Below are positions 1 to 10,559 of a stretch of DNA of 47,164 nt, in pieces. The position numbers were made by a program, and so were the translations under genes. The DNA comes from Candidatus Nanosyncoccus sp. (GTDB lineage: Bacteria > Patescibacteriota > Saccharimonadia > Saccharimonadales > Saccharimonadaceae), in NCBI GenBank assembly GCA_045535655.1, contig JAZSMA010000032.1, positions 1-47,164 on the forward strand, in the 5' to 3' direction. The notes beneath the pieces were generated by a model. The model saw nothing but the letters and a program-made list of their open reading frames with translations. It was not told where the DNA came from and ran no database searches. Each line of letters begins with the position of its first letter. Within the stretch, counting starts at the first letter, position 1.

Positions 1-526
1 GTTTGTATTCTTCAGAGTCTTTTTCGTAAGAATCTAAGATGTCTTCAACGTAAGTTTTACCGTTGGAAAGATTGAGGGTTTCGACGTTGGGCATGGAAGT
101 TAAAAGGCGAACGACAGCTTCGTCAGTTTCGATATTAGTCATGGACTTCTTGGGGTCAGAAGAGTGGGAATGGACGCGTAATTCTTTATAAACAAAACGC
201 CTGATGCCGGCCTGGAGACAATGTTTCAAACAATTTTCGCAGGTTGCCACGCGATTATAAAGTGTGCAACCTTCTAAATTTTGGTGAGCAAAAATCAAGG
301 CATTCATTTCGGAATGAATGACAAAATAATATTTCATCGGGCGTTCGCTTAAAGTCATTTTTGCTTCGTCGGCACCTTGGATTAAGCCGTTATAGCCGAG
401 CGAAACGACACGCTTATTTTGATCGACAATCACGCAGCCCATTTTGCTTGAGGGATCTTTAGATTTTGCTGCGACTGCCTCAGCAATATTCATAAAATAC
501 TCATCCCATGCTTTTTGGTTACTCAT
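1..526 (-). CDS. dCMP deaminase family protein (runs off left edge)
   Basis: Manual translation from ATG at 526: MSNQKAWDEYFMNIAEAVAAKSKDPSSKMGCVIV...SLGYNG...HSEMNA...TCENC. This has the HxE and CxxC zinc-deaminase motifs. Not in the ORF track because it is partial. Confidence 0.9.
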   Translation of the reverse strand, partial: MSNQKAWDEYFMNIAEAVAAKSKDPSSKMGCVIVDQNKRVVSLGYNGLIQGADEAKMTLSERPMKYYFVIHSEMNALIFAHQNLEGCTLYNRVATCENCLKHCLQAGIRRFVYKELRVHSHSSDPKKSMTNIETDEAVVRLLTSMPNVETLNLSNGKTYVEDILDSYEKDSEEYK

Positions 527-651
527 ATTTAGTATTATAAATTCATTTGAGATTTTTCTCAACGACAAAATAAAGCGCAAGTGATTTACAGGGGTTGAAT
601 TTTTTTTCGAGTTGTGATTATAATCCTCGCAATACTAAAATAAGGAGAAAA

Positions 652-2346
652 ATGCGAGGTAAAATCCCAACTAGAAATCAGGATGGGCAAAAATCAACTA
701 TAAAATACTGGTATTTATTTTTAATACTAGCTTTAATATTTAGTGCGAGTGTGCCAAGATTAAAAGCGGAAGCGGAAAGTTGTCCAGACGTAAGGATTGT
801 CTTTGCGCGGGGTTCGGGCGGAATAAGATGGGTTGATGATAACTACCAAGAATATAAAACGAAAATCGAAAATAAATTAAAAACTATCGATCTAAATTAT
901 GAGTTTATTGATTTAGACTATCCAGCGATTGCGATTGGTTTTAAACATTTGGGAGTGACGTTAGGAGCTTACGTAGGAGCGGGTGAAGCCTATGAATTTG
1001 GCGAAAGCGTTGATAAAGGAGTTGAGAATTTGACGACAATGGTTAATCGTTCTAGCTGCCCAAATACAAAATATGTGATTGGCGGTTATTCACAGGGCGC
1101 GATAGTGGTTTCGAAAGCGCTCGGAAGCTTAAATGCGGATCGCATTATTTACGCGGCAACTTTTGGTGACCCAAAAATTTATTTACCGGAAGGTGAGGGA
1201 ATTATACCAGCGGCTTGTCGAGGCGAGAATTTATCGGATTACCGCATGTATGTGCCGGATTGTCAGGCTTATAAAGGTTTACTGGGTAGTTATATCCCAT
1301 ATGAGCCAGCGGCTCTGGCTGGAAAGGTGGGGACTTGGTGTAATAAACGCGATATTTTCTGTAGTTCAAGATTTAGCGCGAGCGATCATGTTTCCTATAT
1401 CGCGGACAATTTGTATGAAGACGCCGCGAGGGTAATTTTTGATAAAATTACTAAGGCTTTTAATATTGAGAATAAACTTTCCTCGCCACATGATACGGCG
1501 ATATTAATCGATTCTACTGGTTCAATGTCTAGTATGATTAATCAGTATAAAGCCGAGGCGTTAAGATTGGCGCAAGAAACCTTAAATTCTGGTGGTAGAG
1601 TGGCGCTTTATGATTATCGTGATCTTGGCGACCCTTATGAACCAGTTAAACATTGTGATTTTACAACTTGCACTCTGGAGGTTTTTCAGACGGAACTAGA
1701 AAAAATAAAAGCTAATAATGGTAGCGATACGCCGGAGTCGTTATTATCAGCATCCCTACATGTAATGACAGACCTTGAGTGGAAATATGGCTCAACTAAA
1801 TCATTAGTGGTTTTAACTGACGCTAATTTCTTGTCACCAGACCGCGATGGAGCAACTTTTGATGAGGTAGTGGCGCTGAGTAAACGTATTGACCCAGTAA
1901 ATTTTTACATCATAACCAATGCTAGATATGGTGATGATTATGAAGAGCTGGCGGCCGAAACGGACGGGAAAGTGGTGACGAATTTCGACGAGCTAAGTCT
2001 ACTAACTGATTACATTATGGAGAGATATGATTCATTGCCGCGAGTTGAAGAGGATAATGAACTAAGCGAGAGACCGGTTTTAGAAATTCGAGAGGTGGAA
2101 AATATTTCTGAAACTGAAGTAAGAGTCAGCTTTAAAACTAATGGATTAAAAACTTTAGTAATATTGAATGACGCGATTTTAGGTTGGACAATTGGGGAAG
2201 AAATTACAATTGGCGGTTTAGATAGTTCTAGAGAAAATATTATAACTCTAGCGCCGATGAATGAAGACGTGAGAGGAGAAAGTATCAATATAGGTTTAAG
2301 TTTAAATGTTATCCCGCCGAAAGCCCCGAATACTGGTAGGCAGTAG
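652..2346 (+). CDS. Secreted cutinase-family hydrolase fused to a vWA domain
   Basis: AAGGAG RBS before ATG 652; hydrophobic signal segment; FARGS, GYSQG, TFGDP and DxxC...H cutinase motifs; DSTGSM MIDAS motif; ends in APNTG. Confidence 0.8.
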   Translation: MRGKIPTRNQDGQKSTIKYWYLFLILALIFSASVPRLKAEAESCPDVRIVFARGSGGIRWVDDNYQEYKTKIENKLKTIDLNYEFIDLDYPAIAIGFKHLGVTLGAYVGAGEAYEFGESVDKGVENLTTMVNRSSCPNTKYVIGGYSQGAIVVSKALGSLNADRIIYAATFGDPKIYLPEGEGIIPAACRGENLSDYRMYVPDCQAYKGLLGSYIPYEPAALAGKVGTWCNKRDIFCSSRFSASDHVSYIADNLYEDAARVIFDKITKAFNIENKLSSPHDTAILIDSTGSMSSMINQYKAEALRLAQETLNSGGRVALYDYRDLGDPYEPVKHCDFTTCTLEVFQTELEKIKANNGSDTPESLLSASLHVMTDLEWKYGSTKSLVVLTDANFLSPDRDGATFDEVVALSKRIDPVNFYIITNARYGDDYEELAAETDGKVVTNFDELSLLTDYIMERYDSLPRVEEDNELSERPVLEIREVENISETEVRVSFKTNGLKTLVILNDAILGWTIGEEITIGGLDSSRENIITLAPMNEDVRGESINIGLSLNVIPPKAPNTGRQ

Positions 2347-2347
2347 G

Positions 2348-2551
2348 CTATTTTGAGCTGAGATGCCAATGGTCACCATATTCACACTTATAAACAGTTA
2401 GACCGTTAATATGGTGATCGTGCTCAGCCACCTTAGCGGCAAGTTCAGCTTCATCTTTTGTATCATAAATAATTTTATGGGTATCACCAACCCAACAGCG
2501 TCGAGGTTCGTAGATCTGATTCGGATTTAAATGTTTATTTCGATTAGCCAT
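2348..2551 (-). CDS. Small hypothetical protein with YxC...HWHLS motif
   Basis: 67-aa ORF with TGATATAAT just upstream. Confidence 0.6.
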   Translation of the reverse strand: MANRNKHLNPNQIYEPRRCWVGDTHKIIYDTKDEAELAAKVAEHDHHINGLTVYKCEYGDHWHLSSK

Positions 2552-2634
2552 ATCTTTTGATTATATCACAGGTTAACGATTTTGTCAAGGTTTACCTCTA
2601 GACTTTTGCACGAAAATGTGCTAGAATTACACTT

Positions 2635-4515
2635 ATGACTTTAAATAAAGACAAAATTCGGAATGTGGCAATTATTGCCCATGTTGATCACGGGAAAACG
2701 ACGCTAGTCGATGGTCTTTTAAAACAGTCGCATACTTTTCGCGATAATCAGGCGGAAATGCAACAAACGTTAATTATGGATTCGATGGATCAGGAACATG
2801 AACGTGGAATCACAATTACAGCAAAACAAACTTGCGTATATTATGATGGCTATAAGATTAATATTATTGATACGCCGGGACACGCAGATTTTTCGGGCGA
2901 AGTAGAGCGAACTCTCAATATGGCTGATGGGGTGCTACTAATAGTTGATGCGCAAGAAGGCCCGATGCCACAAACGAAATTTGTCTTAAAGAAGGCTTTG
3001 GAATTAAATTTGAAGCCGGTGGTAATTATTAATAAAATTGATAAGCCGGCGGCTCGAATTAAAGAGGTTTTAAGCGAAGTGGAAAGCTTATTCCTTGAAC
3101 TAGCAACGGATGAATCGCAATTATTCTATCCGGTATACTATGCCATTGCGCGTGAAGGTCGCGCCGGTAGAACTACTGACTTAGACAATGACTTGCATGT
3201 AATATTCGAATCGATTATCAATGATATCCCAGCGCCGGATGTAGATTCGGATTCCGAATCAGCACAACTATTGGTCGCAGCACTCGCAGGAGATAATTAT
3301 CTCGGCAAATATTGCATCGGCAAAATCTTTCGTGGAAAGCTAAAGAAAGGACAAAGTGTTAAAGTTTTGCAAAGGACGAATGTAAAATCCTCTTCGGACA
3401 CGCTCAAGGGCGCTCGCCCAAGCCTACGGTCCTCAGAGGATATTTCCATTCGTTCTGGCAAAATCGATCAATTGTTCTCCTATCGAGGTCTCGGGAAAGA
3501 AGAAGTTGCCGAGGCGATTGCGGGAGATATTGTGGCAATTACTGGGGTTACCGAAGCGAATATCGGCGATACGATTGCGACTGGTGAAAATCCGGAGGCT
3601 TTACCGACCATTGAACTAGAAGCGCCGACGTTGTCAATTTATATTGGCCCAAATACTTCGCCTTTAAAAGGCCGTGAAGGCGAATTTACGACTTCACGAC
3701 AAATTGCGGAAAGATTGGAAAAGGAACTCGAAACAAATATTGCCTTAAAAATCCATCCGGATGGCTTAGGTTATAAGGTTTCGGGGCGTGGTGAACTACA
3801 TTTATCAGTTTTAATTGAAACAATGCGACGGGAGGGCTATGAATTGGAGGCGGGACGACCGGAGGTCGTTTATAGAGAAATTGACGGAAAAAAATGTGAA
3901 CCGATTGAGGAACTCACTATCGAAATTCCTCCGGAATTTATGGGCGCTGTCAGTCAAGAGCTAGGTATAAGAAAGGCGGAACTAAAGTCACAAGAAACTA
4001 CGACGACCGGCTCAGTAAGAATTGTCTATGAAATATCTACTGCGGCTCTGATTGGTTTACGAAATAATTTATTGACGGCGACGAGAGGAACGGTAATCAT
4101 GTCGAGCATTCCGAGTGGATATCGTCCTACTGAGGGTAAATACCGTCCAGAGAGGAATGGAGCGCTAGTCTCGTTTGAGGATGGCGTTTCGACGGCTTAT
4201 GCCCTAGATTCAGCTCAAGCACGAGGAATTCTATTTATCCCGCCAGGAGTAGCAGTTTATCAAGGAATGATTGTCGGTTTATCGAATAAAAAAGACGATC
4301 TTGATATTAATATCTGTCGCGAGAAGCAATTAACTAATATGCGGACTCATGCTTCGGATGGAGCAATTCAACTAACGCCCTATACACAGTTGTCCTTGGA
4401 ACAGTGTCTGGATTTCTTACTGGATGACGAGCTTCTGGAGGTAACGCCGAAATCTTTAAGATTAAGAAAACGCCAACTTGACCCAATTAAAAGAAAACGA
4501 GAAAATCGAAATTAG
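2635..4515 (+). CDS. typA: Translational GTPase TypA/BipA
   Basis: AHVDHGKTT, ERGITI, DTPGHADF, NKID; C-terminal KQLTNMR and EVTPKSLRLRK. Confidence 0.97.
   Translation: MTLNKDKIRNVAIIAHVDHGKTTLVDGLLKQSHTFRDNQAEMQQTLIMDSMDQEHERGITITAKQTCVYYDGYKINIIDTPGHADFSGEVERTLNMADGVLLIVDAQEGPMPQTKFVLKKALELNLKPVVIINKIDKPAARIKEVLSEVESLFLELATDESQLFYPVYYAIAREGRAGRTTDLDNDLHVIFESIINDIPAPDVDSDSESAQLLVAALAGDNYLGKYCIGKIFRGKLKKGQSVKVLQRTNVKSSSDTLKGARPSLRSSEDISIRSGKIDQLFSYRGLGKEEVAEAIAGDIVAITGVTEANIGDTIATGENPEALPTIELEAPTLSIYIGPNTSPLKGREGEFTTSRQIAERLEKELETNIALKIHPDGLGYKVSGRGELHLSVLIETMRREGYELEAGRPEVVYREIDGKKCEPIEELTIEIPPEFMGAVSQELGIRKAELKSQETTTTGSVRIVYEISTAALIGLRNNLLTATRGTVIMSSIPSGYRPTEGKYRPERNGALVSFEDGVSTAYALDSAQARGILFIPPGVAVYQGMIVGLSNKKDDLDINICREKQLTNMRTHASDGAIQLTPYTQLSLEQCLDFLLDDELLEVTPKSLRLRKRQLDPIKRKRENRN
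3365..3463. repeat. In-frame palindromic insertion in typA
   Basis: Arms ttttgc-aaaggacgaatg-taaaatcctct / agaggat-atttc-cattcgttct-ggcaaaa; encodes RTNVKSSSDTLKGARPSLRSSEDISIRS. Confidence 0.7.
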
Positions 4516-4604
4516 TTTTTCCACAATCTCCTCTGTTAAATAATGACTTTTTTTTAAAAAAGTTCCTTGTTAAAATACCCTATAATTGTTATACTTAAAA
4601 TAGG

Positions 4605-7583
4605 GTGAATTGTTTATATTGGAGAGTTGTGGGGAGCCCTAAAGTCATTTTGAAGCGAAAAATTTGCTTAGCGATGACCGTGTTTTTGCTTGCAATAATT
4701 AAGCTAGATGGCTCGGTTTTTGCTACCATCGACCCCAGTTATTACACACTTACTGCGACTTTACAAAACCAAAACCAAGCCATTAGCTACACGCCGGTTA
4801 CATGGAATGAAGACAAATATCTTAGCACGATGCGGACGCTCGTTGTTAATACAAATTCGCCGTCTGGATATAAAGTGTTCTTGGACGTCCCTACGTCAGA
4901 GGCGTCGGCTGGGGTGCTATTATTATCCGGTGGAACTTCTTCTAGCCCCTCTATTGCGCCAATTAATGCTACCCCAAGCACTGCGAACACTCTCACTACT
5001 AACACGTGGGGATTTGGTATCCCTAGTACTACTACTGGCCTTCCAACTAATAATTGGAGCAGTACCTATACTTCTGGAACGCCATCTTCAAGTAACACAT
5101 ACGCTGGAGTTAAAGTTAATCCAAATTACACATTAATTCGCAATAAAACTGGAACTGCCACGAACGACAGCCTTGACATTTATTATGGTATGCGGCTCGG
5201 CACGGATGTTTTGACTAATCCTGGCACATATCGAACGAATATTCAATACCATATTATATCTGAAGCGTCAAACGTGGTTGGTGGCGAGGCTACCATCAGC
5301 CCAACTTCTGGACCGAAAGCTGGTGGAACTAGCGTTACTATTACGACTTCACTGATGGCGGACTTTGTGCCTTCAGATTTAAATGTTATGATTGGTGATG
5401 GTGCTTGTGTCTCGCCAACTGGTAGTGTTAGTAGCGGTGTCCTTGTGATTACTTGCACCACACCAAAGCACCACCCAGGAGTAAATAACGTAGTAGTCAC
5501 TATTAATTCACTAGGATTAACCTACACTATCAACAATGGTTTTGAATGGATTGAAACCGGCGACGTCAGAATCACTGGTGTGCAATATGTCAATGGTATC
5601 AACGTCAGTGGCACGCCAAGTCCATCCGTAGATAACTCCGGCAATATCGACTTTGATCTTACTTTCCTTGGCGGTCAAGATAATACCACCACCCTAGAAG
5701 CAACTTACCGCATAACTGTGACAAATTCTACTGATGACGATTATGCCTTTACGCCGCCTGCTTCAAACTTAACTATCAGAATTTCTCAAACCGAAGTACG
5801 CGATATTACCTATACGCTAAGTGGCATCTCACCTGGTGACACAATTCCGGCAAATTCATCGGTATCATTTAATATTATTCTCAGCGCAGATTATGTTTCG
5901 GGTGAGCACGGCACGGAGGGCGGTATCGAAATAGACCCGGTTAGCCAAGCGACGCCATATCTAATTGGCAGCATCTACGGTAGCAACTCTGGCGATCTCT
6001 CCGGTAATCATACCTTGACCTCATTCCAAGTTGAAGTCGAGAGCACTTTTGACGAGTCTAAAACTTTCATTATTAATTCACTAAATTCTGATTTCGAAAT
6101 TGTTGACTCTAGTGGCAATGCGCTAGGCGCCCAAACTATCGCTGCAAACACTACAAATACTTACACTTTCTACATGAAAAAAGCTAGTGGAGCCGCCTTC
6201 GCTTCAGAAACTACCACCGCCGGCATTACGATTGACTATGATGGTACCTATACTAATGCCGGAGAGGTTAATATTACAGTAGATAGAGACCCGACTTATG
6301 TCGATAACCAAGCGCCAGTAATTAGTGGTGTAACTATTACGAGAAATAATGCAGTAGACGGCGAGGCAACTTTGACTTGGTCCGGGACGGATAATGTCGG
6401 TGTGGCAAGCTACGGAATCTATGTATGTACGAATACCTGCGACAATATGATTTCGGTAAATGGCTTAACCAATACATATACCTTTACCGGTTTGTCGGAT
6501 GGAACTTATAAATTTGTTGTGGTAGGTTTTGATGATGAGGGTAATACTGCTTCACAATCCGAAATAACTGGTGCGACTACCAGCCCAGGTGCAGCTTCGA
6601 GCACCGGTAATCAATCACTGAGTTGGGCTTACTCGGTTACTGGTTCTATTAACAATGGTAGATTGACTAATACGGGTAATACCGCTGCTCGAGCGGGCGG
6701 AACTTGGACGGGAACCATTACTCCGAGTAGTAGCGATTATACTACTCCATCGAGTAAGAACGATGTTACAGTTAAAATTAATGGGGTAACTACTACGAAC
6801 TTTACATATAATTCTGGCACGATAACAATTAATAGTGGCATTAATGGTCCTATCGAAATTACGGCGACTTGTCCAAGCAATGGTTGTTTGATTGAAGGCA
6901 CTATGATAGCTGTTCTAGACGAAAACGGTAGAAGAGCAACTAAGCCAATTGAAGATATTACTTATAGTGATTTGCTAGTAGTTTGGAATCACGAAACTGG
7001 AACTGTTGGCTATGTCCACCCGGCTAGAATCGAGAAAACTAAAGCATTGCCTAGCTATCAACTCACAACATTTAGCGATGGGTCTACACTAGGAACGACT
7101 AGCTGGCACGGAATATTCGATGTTGATACGAATGAGTTTGTTTCGGTAGACGATTTCAGTAGATTTGGGGTTGGTAGTAGAGTTTATAAAGTTATTGATG
7201 ATCAACTAACTCCAGTCACAGTCACAAATATCGAACGTGTAGAGCAAGAGGTTAATGTTTACTACGTCACATCGAGTATGTATTATAATATTATTTCAGA
7301 TGAATTCCTAACCACTAACGGCTACGTCATTACTTCGAACTTCTACGGCTTTGATGATAATATTACTTGGCCGTCTACTCGCGCCGAATTTATTGCCGAC
7401 CCGAATAATCTATACACTTATGCAGATTTTGCCGATATCGGCATACCGCTGAGGATGTTTAACGATCTCCGCCTTGGCGAAGCAGCTTATCTCCAAAGAT
7501 ACGGCATTACCTTACAAATGTTTAAAGATTATCTCGTGGAAAACCGAGTGATAGAAGATATGGTGCCATATGATGACGAGTAA
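4605..7583 (+). CDS. Large Ser/Thr-rich surface protein: IPT/TIG and FN3-like repeats, C-terminal Hint (intein-like) domain
   Basis: Signal-like N-terminus; ISPTSGPKAGGTSVTI (TIG); DNQAP...WSGTDNVGVASY (FN3-like); GCLIEGTMI...KPIEDI...VTVTNIE...FLTTN (Hint). Start codon uncertain. Confidence 0.75.
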   Translation: MNCLYWRVVGSPKVILKRKICLAMTVFLLAIIKLDGSVFATIDPSYYTLTATLQNQNQAISYTPVTWNEDKYLSTMRTLVVNTNSPSGYKVFLDVPTSEASAGVLLLSGGTSSSPSIAPINATPSTANTLTTNTWGFGIPSTTTGLPTNNWSSTYTSGTPSSSNTYAGVKVNPNYTLIRNKTGTATNDSLDIYYGMRLGTDVLTNPGTYRTNIQYHIISEASNVVGGEATISPTSGPKAGGTSVTITTSLMADFVPSDLNVMIGDGACVSPTGSVSSGVLVITCTTPKHHPGVNNVVVTINSLGLTYTINNGFEWIETGDVRITGVQYVNGINVSGTPSPSVDNSGNIDFDLTFLGGQDNTTTLEATYRITVTNSTDDDYAFTPPASNLTIRISQTEVRDITYTLSGISPGDTIPANSSVSFNIILSADYVSGEHGTEGGIEIDPVSQATPYLIGSIYGSNSGDLSGNHTLTSFQVEVESTFDESKTFIINSLNSDFEIVDSSGNALGAQTIAANTTNTYTFYMKKASGAAFASETTTAGITIDYDGTYTNAGEVNITVDRDPTYVDNQAPVISGVTITRNNAVDGEATLTWSGTDNVGVASYGIYVCTNTCDNMISVNGLTNTYTFTGLSDGTYKFVVVGFDDEGNTASQSEITGATTSPGAASSTGNQSLSWAYSVTGSINNGRLTNTGNTAARAGGTWTGTITPSSSDYTTPSSKNDVTVKINGVTTTNFTYNSGTITINSGINGPIEITATCPSNGCLIEGTMIAVLDENGRRATKPIEDITYSDLLVVWNHETGTVGYVHPARIEKTKALPSYQLTTFSDGSTLGTTSWHGIFDVDTNEFVSVDDFSRFGVGSRVYKVIDDQLTPVTVTNIERVEQEVNVYYVTSSMYYNIISDEFLTTNGYVITSNFYGFDDNITWPSTRAEFIADPNNLYTYADFADIGIPLRMFNDLRLGEAAYLQRYGITLQMFKDYLVENRVIEDMVPYDDE

Positions 7584-7601
7584 TATGTTATAATATGCCG
7601 T

Positions 7602-8333
7602 ATGAATTATTTAATTGATTCACACTGCCACTTACATGACCGAGAATTTTTTACTGCCGAGCAGGCTGAAATAATGATAAAAAGGGCACATGAGAAGGGT
7701 ATAAAGAAAATTGTTTGCATTGGAACCTCGCATGAGGATTCGTTGGTGGCGCGTGATTTTGCGGCTCAGCATGAAAATGTTTATTGGGCCTATGGCATAC
7801 ATCCAGAAGAAGTTGGGCGAGCAACTGAACCTACTTTTTCGGATATTCACCCGATTGCTATCGGAGAGGTAGGGTTAGACTATCATTATAATGGGTATGA
7901 CCGAGAAGCGCAGATTCGGTTGTTCGAGAAAATGTTGCAATTAGCGGTAGATAATGATTTGCCGGTGTCCTTCCATATACGTGAAGCTTTTCCAGATTTT
8001 TTTGCAGTGATTGAAAACTTTCCGAAAGTTCGGGGAGTGGTGCATAGTTTTTCGGACAACAAAAAGAATTTGAAACGAATTTTGGAACAAACGGATTTTT
8101 ACGTAGGAGTTAATGGTCTGGCGACTTATACGACCTTACCTTTGCCTCCGCTAGAGCGAATTTTGCTCGAAACAGATGCCCCGTTCTTGACTCCAAAGCC
8201 ATTTCGTGGTATAATTAATGAACCGGGTTATATTTACGATATAGCCAAATGGTTAAGCGAAAAAATGGCAATAGAGTTTAGCGAGGTTGAAGATGAAACC
8301 ACAAGAAACGCAAAAAGATTATTCAACTTTTAA
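7602..8333 (+). CDS. tatD: TatD family DNase
   Basis: DSHCH, GIHP, IGEVGLD, HIREA, HSFS, ETDAPFL. Confidence 0.93.
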   Translation: MNYLIDSHCHLHDREFFTAEQAEIMIKRAHEKGIKKIVCIGTSHEDSLVARDFAAQHENVYWAYGIHPEEVGRATEPTFSDIHPIAIGEVGLDYHYNGYDREAQIRLFEKMLQLAVDNDLPVSFHIREAFPDFFAVIENFPKVRGVVHSFSDNKKNLKRILEQTDFYVGVNGLATYTTLPLPPLERILLETDAPFLTPKPFRGIINEPGYIYDIAKWLSEKMAIEFSEVEDETTRNAKRLFNF

Positions 8334-8457
8334 TATACCTTCTTTTTCGGAAGAAGAGATTTCTGATTTCAACCCAAATAACGATTTTTCGGGTATTTAC
8401 CAAGAACTCAGCCAAATTTCTCAGGAGATAGATCAATGTCGTTTAAGGAATTTGTAG
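8293..8457 (+). CDS. Possible 54-aa acidic small protein
   Basis: Manual ORF MKPQETQKDY...LRNL with GAGG upstream; fills the tatD gap and overlaps both neighbours. Confidence 0.3.
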   Translation: MKPQETQKDYSTFNIPSFSEEEISDFNPNNDFSGIYQELSQISQEIDQCRLRNL

Positions 8458-8822
8458 CTAATCCACTGGCGGTTATAAAAGACACTTTCTTGAAGAATCC
8501 AGAGTATTCAAATCGTTTGGATTATGATGATTTAATTAATGCGGAATCGGAACTAGGGCGAACTTTATTTGGCCCGATTCCAGTTGGTCATCAGAGAGAA
8601 TTCTTTAAACATAAAAATAACGTGTGGATTTGGCATGAAAGCTGGTCTAACCAAATTGGCAATATTGAGCAACTGACTATTCGTTATGAAGTGAGACCAA
8701 ACGGCGTTTTCAAAAGGCTAAATGAAGGAAGCTACAAGAGGATTGAGGGGGCGGAACTTGATAATTTTAGACGAGCCGCGCACTCTTATCTTGAGCTTGT
8801 CAAATCAAAACTCTATTGCTAA
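8436..8822 (+). CDS. Hypothetical protein
   Basis: 128-aa ORF with AGGAG RBS. Confidence 0.7.
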   Translation: MSFKEFVANPLAVIKDTFLKNPEYSNRLDYDDLINAESELGRTLFGPIPVGHQREFFKHKNNVWIWHESWSNQIGNIEQLTIRYEVRPNGVFKRLNEGSYKRIEGAELDNFRRAAHSYLELVKSKLYC

Positions 8823-8831
8823 AATAGAGTT

Positions 8832-9293
8832 ATGAAAAAGAAAGATATAATTTCTCTAATTGTATTTATTGTTGGCATAATTACGCTAATTGTCGGCGTA
8901 GTTTTTTTAGTTATTACTATGTTAAGTAAACCGGGGCTACAAGACGGCGAATATTTAATTTCGGCGAAAGAGTGGGTTTTAGAAGGCGAAGAGACTAATT
9001 GTTTAAGTCCTTCAGATGAAGAGAGTGAAACAAATTGTATAGATGGAGTTAGTAGTTCGAACGTTATTTGGAAATTTACAGAAATTGGTAAGGGAACCCT
9101 AACGACCAACAATCATTTGAATGATTATGATTTTATTTGGGCGCTGGAAGACGGAAAACTAAAAATTAAAACAGATTGGCTTTATGATTTAGAAAATGAA
9201 TATGATTATGATTTAAACCAAAAAGAAGGTATTTTAACTTTAACAGCGGACGAAGACACTTTTAAGTTTGTGGCGAATTTTGAATCTGAATAA
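8832..9293 (+). CDS. Membrane-anchored hypothetical protein
   Basis: N-terminal TM helix followed by an acidic beta-rich domain. Confidence 0.7.
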   Translation: MKKKDIISLIVFIVGIITLIVGVVFLVITMLSKPGLQDGEYLISAKEWVLEGEETNCLSPSDEESETNCIDGVSSSNVIWKFTEIGKGTLTTNNHLNDYDFIWALEDGKLKIKTDWLYDLENEYDYDLNQKEGILTLTADEDTFKFVANFESE

Positions 9294-9314
9294 AAATATG
9301 TTATAATATATTTT

Positions 9315-10559
9315 ATGATTTATCTCGATCATGCGGCAGCAACGCCAGTTAATACAAAGGTTCTCGAAGCAATGGAGTCGTATTTTTCTGATGACTTTTT
9401 TAATCCGTCAGCAGCATATTTACCGGCAAAAAAGGTGGCGCATGATTATGAGACCGCCAAGGCTACTATTGCACATGCGATTGGCGCTAAGGCTTCTGAT
9501 CTTATCATTACCGCCGGTGCAACTGAAGCGAATAATCTCGCGTTCACAAGTGTAAAAACAGAATTTATGTTTCACTCGGCGCCGCGTCGCTCGCGCCCGT
9601 CGGCACGGGGCGAGCGCGCTAATTCTCGCGCTGCCGCGCTCCGAAATGCGCCGAATCAAAACATAAATTCTGTGTTATATCTTGTGACGGAGCATGATTC
9701 GGTTAGAAGAGTGGCGGAGCGATATGGTGGGGAAGCGGTTAAGGTTTTACCGTCGGGATTAATCGATTTAGATGATTTAAGAAGTAAAATTACTGACGAG
9801 ACGGAGTTGATTTCGGTTAGTTTAGCGAACAACGAGCTCGGGACGATTCAGCCGATGGCAGAGATTGCCGGAATTATTCGCGAGGTAAAATTAGATCGGA
9901 TGAAGCGGGGAATTAAGACACAGTTATTATTGCATTCTGATGGGTCGCAGGCTTTAAATCTATTAGACATTAATGTTGCGAGATTGGGAATTGATTTATT
10001 AACTCTAAACGCGGCGAAAGTTTATGGCCCGAAAGGAGTCGGGGCGCTTTATGTTTCGCATGAGGCGAGATTAAAGCCATTAACCTACGGCGGCGGGCAA
10101 GAAAATGGACTCAGGAGTGGAACCGAAAATGTTCCAGGAGTAATTGGGTTTGCTAAGGCAGTAGAACTGGCGAAAGAACATCTGAACGGGAATCGAAAAA
10201 AATATGCTAACTTCCGAAAAATTTTATTGTCTGAATTAACGGATTACGAATTAATTAATAAAAAGCACTCTCTTGACAATTTTATTGTTTTATGCTATAA
10301 TAGTATAGATGCGGAACGATTGGTGTTCCTTCTTGAAGAACAGGGGGTATATGTAGCAACTGGGGCAGCTTGTGCGGCTTCTAAAGGCGTGCGTTCGCAT
10401 GTATTAAAGGCGATCGGGTTAACCGATGAACAAATCGCCGGCTCTTTACGTTTAACGTTGGGTGAAACTAATGACGAAGACCAAATTCATGAAGCGGCAA
10501 AAATCATCAATGAGATAGTCAAAAACGAGCATCAAAGAATTAAGGTTTCGTTACGCTAA
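9315..10559 (+). CDS. iscS: Cysteine desulfurase (IscS/NifS family)
   Basis: YLDHAAATP, GATEANN, NNELGTIQP, KVYGPKGVGALY, RSGTENV, ATGAAC. Confidence 0.92.
   Translation: MIYLDHAAATPVNTKVLEAMESYFSDDFFNPSAAYLPAKKVAHDYETAKATIAHAIGAKASDLIITAGATEANNLAFTSVKTEFMFHSAPRRSRPSARGERANSRAAALRNAPNQNINSVLYLVTEHDSVRRVAERYGGEAVKVLPSGLIDLDDLRSKITDETELISVSLANNELGTIQPMAEIAGIIREVKLDRMKRGIKTQLLLHSDGSQALNLLDINVARLGIDLLTLNAAKVYGPKGVGALYVSHEARLKPLTYGGGQENGLRSGTENVPGVIGFAKAVELAKEHLNGNRKKYANFRKILLSELTDYELINKKHSLDNFIVLCYNSIDAERLVFLLEEQGVYVATGAACAASKGVRSHVLKAIGLTDEQIAGSLRLTLGETNDEDQIHEAAKIINEIVKNEHQRIKVSLR
9544..9687. repeat. In-frame GC-rich palindromic insertion in iscS
   Basis: Arms tcacaag...acagaatttatgttt-cactcggcgc / gcgccgaatc-aaaacataaattctgt...cttgtga. 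Confidence 0.8.
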
